Source: Octopus sinensis
Taxonomy: Eukaryota
Length of the DNA: 64,000 bases
Reading direction: 5' to 3'
NCBI RefSeq assembly: GCF_006345805.1
Contig: NC_043016.1
Coordinates: 27,404,001-27,468,000 of the forward strand
A model generated the notes under the pieces. The model saw nothing but the letters and a program-made list of their open reading frames with translations. It ran no database searches and was not told where the DNA came from. Position 1 is the stretch's first letter. The number at the start of each line of letters is the position of its first letter. A program made the translations under genes and the position numbers. This document shows positions 11,066 through 24,573 of this stretch, piece by piece.

Positions 11066-14000
11066 ATTTTGTGCTAGACTTATCCTGTGTTGAAAATTTG
11101 CTTGTTTCAAATTCTGATGTTTCTATTGATATTGTGGGGCCAAAAAGTTTCACTTATGTCATATTGAAAACAGCAACAGGTGTTTTGATTTCCATATTTC
11201 CTCATGAAACAGATTATGCATCATATTTAAATTCATTGTGTATTTTTATATATTAAGTTATGTTTAATTTTTAACTGTTGAAACAGCTGTAGAACACGAA
11301 CTTAAAACATCGGAAGTGTTTGATTTTTTAAATTATTATTATTAAATATAAGTGAAATACTTAATTTTAAAAATATATTTTTGTTAACCCTTACATTGTA
11401 GCATAAAATTGCCTCTTTTGAGGTTTGTGGTCTTGCAGGTTGCAAGAACTTCACCCAGTACTCTGTGTAAAGTGGTTGGTATTAGGAAGGGCATCCAGCT
11501 ATTAAGCTATGCCAAAGCAGACACTGGAACCATTGGATCCTGTCAGACTGTCCTGCCCATGTTAGGATGGAATATGGACATTAACTGATGAGGATGATAA
11601 AAATGATAATCTTATTTACAAGAGTAAGGAAAATACAATAAATGAGAGTTAGCAATTTGAGTTGATGTGTGTTGTCATCGTCTTTTAACATAACATCTTC
11701 CATACTGGTGTAGGTTGGATTATTTGACAAGGTCTAACGGATTAGGGGACTGTATCAAGCTCCAGCATCTTTCTTGGAATGGTTTCTAAATTTGGATGTT
11801 CTTCCTAGTGCCTGTCACTTTACAGAAAGTAGTGGGTGTCTTTTTCATGGGACCAGTACTAGTGGGCTCACTAAGTAACTACCAAGACAAGGCTCTGAGA
11901 CAGAGTAGGGTGCAGTATTGAGGAAGTGGCTTTATGCTTGGTTATGAGGGGTTTAAGTATGAAAGGGGTCAGAGCAGAACAGGTTTCTTGCTGTAGGGAA
12001 GCTACATGGTTACTCACATTTTAGAAGAAAGGATGATCGCTTGAAGAATATATATATATATGTATTCTTCCAGCTGTTATCCTCTCTTCTAAAGTGTGAT
12101 AACCATCCTTTAACATTCATCTTTTGTGGTAGCATGATGGATTCAAGGACACCATTATGCTCCAGTGTCTGCTTTCATATGGTTTCTGCATTTGAATATC
12201 CCTCCTAATGCCAACCATTTTATGATGTGCACTGAGTGCTTTTTAAGTGGCACCAACACTAGTGAGATTACTAAGTAACTCACAAGACAAGAATCCTCTG
12301 TTAAGTGGTGCTATAATAGAGAGAGAGAGAGAGATGTCTTTATGCTTGATGAGAGACTTAAGTATGAGAAAAAAGTGCCAGGTTTCTTGCTGTAGAAACA
12401 CCAAAAAGTTGCATTATAGAAGAGAGGGTGGAAGTGACTGGGAAAGAGCTGGAAAGAGATAAAAATAGTGTCAGGGTGGACCTCGAAAGTAGATAGATGA
12501 ATGGGGACAAAGGAACAAGGAGTGTAAGTGCTACTCGCACACTGAAAATATTTTACTTTTAATCATCATCATCATTTTAACTTCCACTTTTCTATACTTG
12601 CGTATGCCATGCAAGAGTAATTTGGGGAAGAATTTTCTATAGCCAGATGCCCTTACTGTTGGCAACCCCACCTGTTTCTAAGTGAGTTAATAAAACTCAC
12701 AGTCTATCAAACAACAGCCTGGACATGCTTTTGTGGTAGACTGCAAACAAATGACATGACAATGATGCCATCATTGAGGCATTTGCTAGTTTACAACTAG
12801 CAAATATGTGTAAGGACAAAGGGAAAAACCAAACACACACATATACATATGTAGGTGAAAGCATTGTTGGTTGGTTAAGAGGCTTGCTTCCCAACCATGC
12901 CATTTCTGGTTCAGTTCCATGTGGCACTTTGGGCAAGTGTTTCCTACTATAGTCCTGGGCAAATCAAAGCCTTGTGAGTAAATTTGATCTGTTGTGTGTG
13001 TGTGTGTGTCTTTGCTTTGACATTACATGGTGGTTGTAAATTAATGTGTTTCATTTACAATCCTCTGTGAAAAACACGTCTGGCAATATGAAAACATCAC
13101 CTTGCTTGGAAGCAGGTGAAGATTGGTGACAGGAAGGACATCTAGTAGTAGAAAATTTGCTTCATGAAACTCCATTCTACCCATGTAAGCATGGAAAAAT
13201 GAATGTTAAAATGATGAATCGATAAAAATATATATACATGCTTCTTTCAGTTTTTGTCTACCAAATTAACTCACAGGACTTTCATTAGCCTGAGACTATA
13301 GTAGAAGACATTTTCCTAAGGTGCCATGCAGTAGGACTGGACCTGAAATCATGTGAAATCATTCTTATTAATTTTAGCTAACCATTGTTTTATAAATTTA
13401 GTCACAGCTGTTCTCTTGTCTTGTGTTGATTTTGGAGAATTCTTGATTCTGGAGTTGGCTCCAATTGCTACCAAGTGATTGTTTTAACTCTCTTCATCTC
13501 CTAACATAAAGCCACCTCTTTTGAGATTTGTAATCTTGCTTGGCGACCTTACTAGTACCGGTGGCAGAAAGAAAGTATCATTATCATCATCATCATTTAA
13601 CATCCACGTTCCATGCTAGCATGGGTTGGACAATTTTACAACATCTGTTGAGCCCAGGGACTACATTTTGCTCCAGTGTGAGCTTAGGCTGGATTTCAAC
13701 AGTTGGTTGCTATTCCTAACATCAACCACTTTACAGCATGTACTGGGTGCTATTTTTCTTTTGTGTCACCAGCTTTTCTGAGGTTGCTATGCAGCTTGTA
13801 AGACCACAAAGCCTGAAGATGGATAGCTCTGTACTATGAGAATAAGTAGAGAGGGGTAAAATGTGAGCGAAGAGAGCCAGTGCAGAAAGGTTTCATGCTG
13901 TAAAGGGGCTATATGTCTACATTTTAGAAGAGAGAGTAGGGGTGATTGGGAAGACCTGGAAAGAGATATAAATGATAAGGTACCAAGAGTGAATGGGAGA

Positions 14001-14270
14001 TTAGGGATACATGTTGTAAAGTTGTTGGCATTAGGAGGGGCATCTCCATTATTTGCCGGACATTAAATAATGATGATGACTGATGATTTTCCATGCTTGC
14101 ATATGTAAGATAGAATTCTTTGAGGTTGACCAAGTATAATAATTATTTCCTTCTGTTTTTACATGTTTCCATGAAATTGGAAATGATCAATGTTGTTATG
14201 AAGATGACACTTGCTTAGAAGATGTCAAAACAAAGATTCACAATGGCACACACAAATATATATATATATA

Positions 14271-15371
14271 TCAGGTCATCCTATAAATTCTGTCCAAATT
14301 TTGAATAAAGAAAACAAGTGATGAAATGTTATATTTAATTGAAGTTTAATCATCAATGTACTTTCCCTGATTATCTATGACTTCCTCCCATCTATTTACA
14401 AGCTTTTTAATCCCATTAATGTAAAACTCTTTTGGTTTCAATGCTAAGAACTCTAAAATGTCAGTTTCGACCTCCTCCTGGCTTGCAAAAGTTATGTCCC
14501 CCAAGTGATTCTGTAAAATACGAAACAAATGGTAGTCTGAATGAGCAAGGTTGGGAGAATAAGATGGATGAGGAATTTTTCCCCAGTCAAGCTCTTTGAT
14601 CTTCTGTGATGTAATCTTTGTAGTGTGGGGTCGTGCATTGACCTGATGAAACATCACTCCTTTTCGATTCACTTCAAAGCTTGGTTCAAATGCTCTAATT
14701 GCTGACAGTAGACTTGAGCATTGGTTGTTGCATTAGGTGGTAATAATTCAAAGTGAATTACTCCCTTGCAATCCCACCAGATAGAGAGAAGAACCTTTTC
14801 CCCATAAAGTTCCCTTCCCGGTTGTGGTTGAGCCTTTTCCCTTTTACCAAGCCACTGTTTACGATATTTAACATTTTGATAGAAGATCTATTTTTCGTCA
14901 CCAGTCACAAATCTATCCAAAAAGGGTGAAATGAGTTGGCGAGAATGGAGAAGAGCAGATGAGAACTCAGGATTTGTGGTTACTTTCGGACAATTCATGA
15001 GGCACCCATATTCCAAGTTTAGGAACCTTTCCAAGTTGTTGGAGATGACAATGAACAGTTGTATGGTTTTTATTCAAGCATTCTTTCCCATAAACTGAGT
15101 GTATGTTTCGAGTCACTTTGGCTGCAGAGTTTCCTTTTTTGTACTCATAAAGCATTATGTGCCTCAAATGCTCTTTGGATACTTCCATGTTAGAAGGATT
15201 TTAATCAAAGGCATTTTAATTCTATTATTCTGTAAAATAATATTTAATTAGTTTAACTGTAGACAAATGCATAAAAATAATTTTTAATTCCATTAGACAT
15301 TCTAAAATACTATTAAATTTCATTCAATTTTAAAAAAGGTAAAATTGGACAGAACTTATGGGATGACATGA
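14271..15371 (-). mobile_element. mariner (DD34D-type) transposon, internally deleted, both TIRs present
   Basis: TIRs TCAGGTCATCCTATAAATTCTGTCCA and TGGACAGAACTTATGGGATGACATGA in TA context. Motifs WVPHEL, TGDEK and YSPNLAHSDY. The ORF is broken. Confidence 0.92.
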
Positions 15372-15389
15372 TATATATATATATATATT

Positions 15390-15594
15390 CTTCTATTCTT
15401 TTACTTGTTTCAGTCATTTGACTGTGGCCATGCTGGAGCACTGCCTTAAGGGGTTTTTTGGTCAAAGAAATTGACTCCAGTACTTATTCTATTGGTGTCT
15501 TTTGTCAGACCGCTAAGTTATGGCGATGTAAATACACGAACATCAGTTGTCAAGTGATGGTGGAAGGACAAGCATAGACACAAAGACACACACA

Positions 15595-15633
<39 letters not shown>

Positions 15634-15785
15634 GACAGGCTTCTTTCTACCAGATCCACCCACATGGCTTTGATCGGCCCGAGGCTATAGTAGAAAACAC
15701 CTGCCCAAGGTTCCATGCAATGGAACTGAACCTAGAACCATGTAGTTGAGAAACAAGTTTCTTACCACATATCCATGCCTGCGAG
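15390..15785 (-). mobile_element. tRNA-derived SINE (octopus OK-like family)
   Basis: Reverse complement of the 32712-33093 SINE, with an internal (TA)n. Confidence 0.8.
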
Positions 15786-16136
15786 TATATACATACACAC
15801 ATATATATATATTATATATATATATTATATATATATATGTGATAGGCTTCTTTCAGTGTTTGTCCTCCAGATCCATTCACATGACTTTGGTTTGGGTCCA
15901 TGTGCTACACAGCGGGACTAAACCAGAAACCGCACAGTTGAGAAACAAGTTGCTTAACCACACAGCCATACTTGTACCTATCACAGCCTTGTCTACATCT
16001 ATATGCAGCTATGCTTGTGCCTAAACGCAGCCATCTCTGGGCAAGTGTGGTCCATAATCTGTTTTAACATAAAAGTTTTATCTATTTCATAACAATTGAT
16101 TTATAATTACATTTTCTGTCTGTCTCTCCTTCCTAG

Positions 16137-16231
16137 GAATCAGTGATAGTATGGCTAACAATGGGGATCAGTATTTCAATGCCACGTTTAGATCAAGTTG
16201 TCACATGACCGAATTTTCACCCATGATGATG
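16137..16231 (+). CDS. PAN3: PAN3 exon 2 (GISDSMANNGDQYFNATFRSSCHMTEFSPMMM)
   Basis: Polypyrimidine tract plus TAG acceptor and GTAAGT donor, phase 1 to 0. DQYFNATF resembles vertebrate PAN3 DSYFSTSF. Confidence 0.85.
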
Positions 16232-17091
16232 GTAAGTATTTTTTATTTTCATTATAATTTCCTGTTTTAAAATTCTCACATTTTTCTATTAGTTTTCTGT
16301 GTTGTTTAGTGTTTTTCTGTGCCGATCATATCACATGCTCTTTTAAGTGTTCCAGCCTGCGAGCTATGGCCATGCTTGTTTTATTAAAAGTGCATAGATT
16401 GAATGTCAAACATACATGTGTATGTTTTATACATACACACACATGATGCGTGTGTATGGGCAGCAATTTTTACCTGGTAATGAAATGTAGATTATGAATG
16501 CAGAGGACATGTGAAGGCTAGAAAGGAATGAAACTAGTGTACTCTGCTGGATGTGCAATGTTAGTGTGCATGTATGACAAAGTGCAAATGTATTGAAAGA
16601 AAAATTTGGCAGAAGAGGAATCGGGTGTAATGAGCAAGAGAGGACAGTGCTTGTGAAATAGTGATGAGTATGGGTAAAGGACAGCTGCATAAAGAATTTC
16701 TGATTACTAAATGGAACTGGACCTCTGGAAGAGGGAGAAGCAAGTGATAATGAAGACTGACTTCAGGATGTTGATCCTCATGGAAGAGATGGCAAAGGAC
16801 TGAGATGATTGATGATTTGCTGTGTTTGAGCAAAAATGGGGTCCTAAAAGCATATAATTTTTATTTATGCCCCTGCATTCAAGCCGTCTCTAAAACTTAT
16901 TCCTCTATTACCCTCCTAAGTATCTCAGCTGAAAACAGAAATGCACAAATTTTATCCCCTACACTTTTGTGTTAACAGTTTTCATTCTCTTTGGAAGCAC
17001 CTCTCCCATGGCTTCCACCTCATATTCTCTCTCATCACATACCACTATTGAGCACCAGCTCATACTGGCCATCGACACCCTCACCCTTGTT

Positions 17092-17176
<85 letters not shown>

Positions 17177-17188
17177 TATATATATAAT

Positions 17189-17241
<53 letters not shown>

Positions 17242-17374
17242 AATATGGGTGTTTCGTTCACAGGTGATCTAAACGAATAGGTACACTAGGTAAGTGCTGT
17301 AACGGATTACTAGGACTCCAAGGTTATAGCCAAGGTAGTAGTTATGGTGCCATTGCAGATTTCCAATATTGTGG

Positions 17375-17915
17375 ATATATAATTGTTAAAGAGAACAACA
17401 GATGTTAATGTAAGGCAGGCATCTCAAGTCATGTACATTATTATTGGAACAAAATTCCAAGTCTTACAGCTGTTTCTGGGATATTCCATCATCAGAGTCA
17501 AATAGGGAAAATGAGAAGGGTATAGATTGATGAAATGACAACATAAAAGACAGTAGTAAAGGAATAAGGAGATGAAGAAATTGTAAGCATAAAAGTTCAC
17601 AGTTCAACTTTCCAATCTTGTAGAAGTAAGTCCTGCTTAAATCCAGATTGCATCGGAAAGTTGGATGAACTTTTATGCTTCTTTTTTCATCTCTTTTTTC
17701 ATCTCCTTATTCCTTTACTCCTGTCCTCTTTATTGTCATTTCATTAACTCTATACTCTTCTCATTTTCCCTATTTGTTCCCAATGACAGAATATCTCATA
17801 CTCTGGGATATCCCAGAAATAGCTATACGACTTGTAATTTTTTTCCAATAGTAATAATATATATGACTTGAGATGTTTGGTCTTGCCTTAACAATTGTTG
17901 TCCTCTTATAACATA
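17375..17915. mobile_element. Penelope-like inverted pLTR pair
   Basis: 17380-17590 is complementary to 17690-17915 and includes a hammerhead motif and its decayed mirror copy. Confidence 0.7.
17461..17500 (-). ncRNA. Minimal type I hammerhead ribozyme motif (Penelope-associated)
   Basis: On - strand: GACT-CTGATGA-TGGAATATCCCA-GAAAC-AGCT-GTA-AGAC. Complete core, GUA triplet, palindromic stem III ACAGCTGT, weak stem I. Confidence 0.65.
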
Positions 17916-19699
17916 CATATATGTATTTATTCACTTCTAAATACCTCTGATCTTCACCCTTGTCACCAAGAGTTTTCCTTCTCACTTATCTCCTTTTCTT
18001 TTATACCCCCGCTTACCACATCCTGCTCTCTGACCCACCCTTATTTCCTTCACATTCCCCCAAACTGTATTTACTATCGACCATGCCACCTCCCATGCTT
18101 TCTGTTTACTGCATCACCTGACACCTCATCACCACTTTTCCAGCTGAGGTGGCCATGTATCTCCTCTATAGCAAGACACTTGCTCCTATCCTTCTTTCAT
18201 ACTCTTGCCACTCAACTAGAACATCTCTAAACTTTTAACTGTTTTTTAACATTAAATTTTTGCTGGATCTTTAAGCTTCTACATCTTCCTTTTCTAGTGT
18301 GGTTTGTGTCTCTGAGTTATTCTAGCTTTAGATCTTAAGTCACTAAACACTAACTGATGTTATGTTGTACGTTCTTCACAAAGGAAGTACTTTACATTCT
18401 CAACCATTTATCTATCACTTTCTGAATGTAGTCAATCTGGCTTTTGTGTCCACCAGATTCATAGGTGATCAGGTGGCTGGCTGTCTGGTTTCCTGAAATT
18501 ACTGTAGCAGATCATTAAGTCATTTGCACCATGAAACTCTGAGAACCTTATTTCCACCCCTCTTTTGGAACCAAACCCTTATGCACACAATAGAACCCCA
18601 CAAGATGCTGCTCTGCATATTCATTCAAGTCACTGTCATTTGTTATCAGGAAAGGTGTTGCATGGATATGATTTTAAGAGGTTTGCTATTAAAACCCTAT
18701 AGTTTTGTATTCAGTCCCGCTGTGTGTCACCTTGGACAACTGTATTCTGCTATAGCCCCAAGCCAACCACAGCCATGTGAGTGGGTTTGGCAGATTAAAA
18801 CTGAAATATGTTTGTGTGTATAGTGTATATATGTGTGTGTGCATGTATTTGTTTACTATATATGTGTGTGTGTGTATATATGTTTATGTATATATATATA
18901 TGAATACCCACGTACGTACAATCTCATGACTCAGACTTACACTAATATATGTGTGTGTGTGTGTATACACACACACACACATATATACAATCTTTACACT
19001 AGGCATATTTAATGTCTGAATCAATGAATTATATAGCAGGCACAGACATGGCTGTATAGTTAAGATATTTGCTTTGCAACCTTCTCGTTTAGGTTCAGTC
19101 CCACTGCTGAGCAAGTGTTTTCTGTTATAGCCTCAAGCCAACAAATTCCTTGTAAGTGAACTGAATTTGGTCAACAGAATCAGTAGGGAAACATGTCATA
19201 TATACATCATTTTGTACTGTTAATCCCTACACATTTTTTTTCTCTCTCAATTTATTTCCTTTCCATCCTTTCTGTCAAAGTGCATTGGCTTGTAAAAAAA
19301 AACAAACTTTTCCTTTCTTCCTGAGCATCAAACTAATACATCTGCTTGTTGTTCCCTCACCTGTCTTCGTCTTTTGTTTTCTGCAAATTTGACCTATATA
19401 TATATATATATATATATATATACTATCTGTGTGTGTTTGTGTTTGTCCCCCCACTGCTTGACAACTGGTGTTAGTTTGATTTTATCCCCATATCATAGCA
19501 GTCTGGCAAAGGAAATCTGTAGGATATGTACCAGACTTTAAAAAAAACAAAAAAACTACCATGGTTGATCTGTTCAACTAAAAGTTCCTTCAAGACAGCG
19601 CCCCAAGCATGGCCACAGTGCAATGACTGAAACAAGTAAAAGATAAAAGAATGATTAAAATAATTAATCACTTTTAAGTCCTTTCTTGTATCATTGCAG

Positions 19700-19837
19700 A
19701 GACAACGAGCTCGCCCACGCAGTACCTTTTCAGGACAGCTCCCTCAGACTGTGAAAACCTTCTTACCAGGTCGCGTCGATGAAAATATATCAGAAAACTT
19801 TGCTGCACTCAATCTTTCTAACTCCAGTCCAAGTCAC
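19700..19837 (+). CDS. PAN3: PAN3 exon 3 (RQRARPR...ENFAALNLSNSSPSH)
   Basis: TTGCAG acceptor, GTGAGA donor, 46 codons, phase 0 to 0, CpG-rich. NFAALNLS resembles vertebrate DFGALNIS. Confidence 0.85.
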
Positions 19838-22800
19838 GTGAGACAATTTATTTAATTTTTTTTCATGTTGTGTTTGCATCTCTCTCTTTCTCTCTCTCAC
19901 TCACTTCTCTCTCTCATGTGTTCCCTACTGTCCCACTCAAAGCATCCTCTCTATATTTTCTGATCTATCCCTCTCTGCTCTGAACTACATCTTACGACTT
20001 TCAAACCTCATCTTTAATACCCTTTATTTTCTGCTTTCATTTTCAAAACCTTCTCACACCTACTGTCAATGCACTCCCATCACATTTGTCTCCACTCACT
20101 GTAGCCAACCCTACATACCTCTAACATCTCTCTCACCCACTACTTTCCCATTCTGCACATCATTTCCTATTTTCTGATGTATCTACAGGGTTTTTATACT
20201 GCTGCTCTTCCCTCTTCCTGTACTGCTACTTATCACCTCCTTCCTGAACCATTCCTATGTCTTTCATTTCACCCCTCCCATATTGATATTCATTTTTTAT
20301 CATGCCACTATCCAAGTTCCATTCATTATATTCACCTTTACACCTACCTGTCTTTACCCACTGTTACTCTCATCTCATTTGTCAATGAACTTTTTGGTAT
20401 TCTCTTTTTGTACTCACCTTGTATCTTCAGAGTATGCTCTGACACTTCATCACCACCACCACTGTCTTCTTTCTGGCTACTTCCACTCTCCCTTAAATAT
20501 TACTGAGTAGCCGTGTATTTCCTCTACAGAAAGACACCTGTACCTGACCTTCCATTACACTTAAGCCTCTCAATACCTAATATAATGCCTCTCTACTACA
20601 ACCCCACTCAGTCAGGGATTTGGTGACTTCACAAATGTCTTTTACAAAATGTGGTTGGCATTAGGAAGGGCATCCAACTATAGAAACCATGTCAAAGCAG
20701 ACATTGGAGCTTGGTGCAGTCCTCTGGCTCATTGGATCCCATCAAATTAGCTAACCCATGCCATCATGGAAAATGGATGTTAAATGTTGGTGTATGTGAC
20801 CCTTATTAGGGTGCTGAAAGGCATTTGTTTTCCATGCTAGTATAGGGGAAGATGAATAAATTATTGATTTATCACTGCCTTTCCCTATCACTAAACATTA
20901 CCTCTTTTACAAGGGTTATTGATTTCATCGTAATCATCTTTTAACATCCATATTCCATGCTGGCATGGGTTGGATGGTGATAGGATCTGAAGTGTTGAAG
21001 GACTGCATCCTACTACAGTATTGGCTTTGGTATAGTTTCTAAAGGCTGGATGCTCTTCCTAACACCAACCAGATTATAGAATGTACTAGGTACTTTTGTA
21101 ATGGCACTAGTACTAGAGAGTTCACCATGCAGCCTGCAAGACTAAGATCCCCTTCAACTGAGTGGGGGCTACAGCAGAAAGAAAGGTGGCTTTATGCTAG
21201 GAAATGAAGAGTTAAAGTATGAAGGAAGGACCAGAACCAAACTGAATTCATATACATTAGCTACATGGCTATAAAAGAGTGGGTGGGATTAATGAGGGTT
21301 GGGCTGGAAAGACAGATAGTGGAGATGAGGTTTCTAAGTTGACCTTCAAGATACATGAAGGGAAACGAAAAAAATGTAATATCTACTCCAGGATTTTACT
21401 GGTATTTTATTTTGTCAACCCCAGAATGGTGAAAGGTAGAATTAGTTTTTGTTTTCCAATATAATTCCAGACACTTATACTTATATGTATATACCATTTT
21501 TTGCACAAGGACAACACACATTGTTTTGCAAAGAGATACTATATTTGCCAGTATAATAAGATACACTTCTATTTTACAAATATATTTTGTGGAAAAACAA
21601 ATTTAGTACGTTTCATCAGACACTTATTGAGATATTTTTATGATTCTGTGCAAGTAAAGAGAATATTGTGACAGGTTACTTGAATAAAGTATGATACCAT
21701 AAACTAATCATTAAAAAATTACATTATGGCACTGTTATATTTTAGTTTTATCTTCTTTCAGATCAACTGTATACCTGTTTGTCTTTTGCTTAAGAAAATA
21801 ATCATACTCGTATTTGTAAAACTTGTATCTCAGATTGCGATGTTCTGTATAAATGTAATCAGCCACTAGGGTAGCTCACCATAGCTATGGTTTTAGTTGT
21901 CATCCTTTCATTACAAATGGATGAAATTTTAATATTTCTCGTTTTAGGAGAATTTCCTTTTAGATAATTAAAAAATATTTCTTAAAGGTAACAAAATCAC
22001 TAAATGATATAAAATTCATCAAGAGAGGGTTATGAATGCTGAGGAAGGTGGTGTAATGAGATGATGTGACTTGCCCGCATAACTGCCAAAATACTAAAAG
22101 ACTGATATTTTGGCTCTGCTTTCAATAATTTATAATCAGTAAAGGTGACAAGCTGGCAGAACTGTCAGCATGCTGGGCAAAGTGCTTGGCTGCATTTAAT
22201 CTCTCCTTATGTTCCGAGTTAAAATTTCATCAAGGTTGACTTTGCTTTTCATCCTTTTGGATTCAATAAAATAGGTACCAGTATGAAGTGTAAGAAATAA
22301 AGGGTATTATTTACAACACTTGAGAAGTGAAGCAGTTAGATTGGAGGGATGGGTGTTAGAAGATGATTAGTATAAATATATATACATATGTATGTATGTA
22401 TGTTTACTTTGTGTATGCATGCATATATATATATTTATACTTAAGACGTATATATGTATGTATACGTGTGTGTACATTTGTCTAGATATCACATGATGGT
22501 TGTAAATGAGCATCATCATCGTCATACAAGCAATGTTGTTTGTTTCCAGTCTTTGATGAAAAGCTTATCTAGCCATAGGCAAGTATGACCTTTGCTTGGA
22601 AACAAGTAAGGGATGATAACAGGAAGGGCAAAATATATTTATCTTAGCTTCAGTGACAGAAGAAAGCATGAAGAATTTTATAGTTTTGGTCCCATGCAAC
22701 AAAAATCTGTATAAGTGGTAGAAATTGAATAATATTCTTAAGGCTGCTATTTATTCACACAGCATCTTTCAGGGCTTGTCGCTAATTCAGTTCTTAACCA

Positions 22801-23407
22801 AATGGAAAAAACATTAACATTTTTGAAGAAGACTGGTCCCTAGCTACATTTTGGCATAAAACGATTGAGATTTGGTCCAGTAGAAAAGAGTTTACATCAA
22901 AATTTGTAGTGATCTTATAGGAGAGTAAGACCACCAATCAAGTTTAGATCTAAATAACTTTTTTATTTTATCTTAGCTTCAATGATAGAAGAAAGCATGA
23001 GGGATTTCATAGTTTTGTTCGCATGCAACAAAAATTTGTATAAAAAAAGTTGTGAGGTAAAATATCACAAAAAAATGTAAGTAATGCAAAAAATTCGATT
23101 CAAGTATAATTAACTTTTTCATTTTAAAAACAAACTCTTTTTTAATTAAGCTTAAATGATTGATCTCAATTTGAGGAATTTCATGGTAACAATCTCATGC
23201 AATGAAGTTTTAAAAGAAAAAATTTATGAGTGTTTGTTTCTCAAATTTGAGGGTGATAATATAGTTCTATATTTTTTTATGAATATAGTTCTAGGAGACT
23301 TTTAATATATGTCACTGGCATCATTGAGGTAAGGAAAAATGATCAACGACACTGCTAATTTGATATATTTGACACATTATTAAATAGCATAGCCTGGAAA
23401 AACATGG

Positions 23408-24113
23408 ATTACATGGGAAAATGTGAGCAAGAGAAATAATATTCTTAAGATTATAAATCTGGAAAAGTACAGGACAAGTTATTACACTTGGAAAAGTTCA
23501 GGACAAGTTATTACATCTGGTAAAGCAAAGGATAAAATTTGAATATAAAAAATTATTTGATTTTAATTTATAAAGTAATATTACAATTAAAAAAAGGTAC
23601 CATCATTTTGTTAAAATATTGGTACACTAGAATACTTAAAAGATGAGAGCCAATTATTTTTTATAACCTATTTTCAAATTTCTAATTAATTGATAATTAA
23701 GAAATTAATTTTTTTAAAGTGCAAAAAATATTTTGATTTATTTTTAATTTTTAATAGAAGTAACAAGTGATAACAAATAGAAGTAATAACTTGTAATAAA
23801 ATTTTTAGTTTTAATAAAAGCTAATATTTTATTTGAAATTTCATCCTTAGCTGCAATATTTTAAGTAAAAATTTTCTTACATTATTTACATTTGACGGAT
23901 ATTTGTCCTCATCTTGTTTGTTATCCGTCAAATGTAAATAATGTACATAATTCCTCATCTCTCAAATGTAGAACTGAAAAATGTTCTTGTTCTATACTTT
24001 ACCAGATGTAACAAGTTGTCTTGAACTTTTCCAAGTGTAATAACTTGTTCTGTAATTTTCCAGGTTTATAATCTTAAGAATATGTTTTTCTTGCTTGCAT
24101 TTTACCATGTAAT
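23408..24113. repeat. Long inverted repeat (~120-bp arms) enclosing a collapsed Penelope-type hairpin
   Basis: 23408-23530 is complementary to 23993-24113. The inner hairpin 23880-23980 belongs to the same family as 54915-55182. Confidence 0.8.
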
Positions 24114-24437
24114 ATATAATTATATAATCCAATATGTATCTAACCAAGATGCTTGAATACATATGCAATTCTTTTTCTCCATTATCCTTCTCCATTCATT
24201 TCTCTATCTTATCTTTCAGGAGAACAGTATATACTTGACATATTAGACATTTTCTTTTATCTTTCTGTTTCCTGAGTATCAAATTAATACTAACTCTGTG
24301 TTTAAATTTTACCACATATTTATTGTATTTTTTCATCTTTTGCACCACATATTCCTACACACACACATTGCAACATAAATATATTATTATTCTTTTGTAA
24401 CATATAAATATATTGTTATTCTTTTTTTTTATTCCAG

Positions 24438-24573
24438 GACACAAGTGGTGCCACAATTCGTGATTATGTTGGGAAGTCTCCCACAGCTCTTAATCACAGC
24501 TCGAGTTCGCCGTCATTCACTACATATTCACAAATGACCACTATATCTGCTCCGTCGCCTCATGTCACACCTG
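24438..24573 (+). CDS. PAN3: PAN3 exon 4 (DTSGATIRDYVGKSPTALNHSSSSPSF...PHVTP)
   Basis: Poly-T plus CCAG acceptor, GTATGT donor, phase 0 to 1, S/P/T-rich open frame. Confidence 0.85.

Noticed and set aside
14346-15188. Domesticated mariner (SETMAR-like) gene
   Set aside because: Internal deletion, stops, mutated catalytic motifs, TIRs retained and no fused exon.
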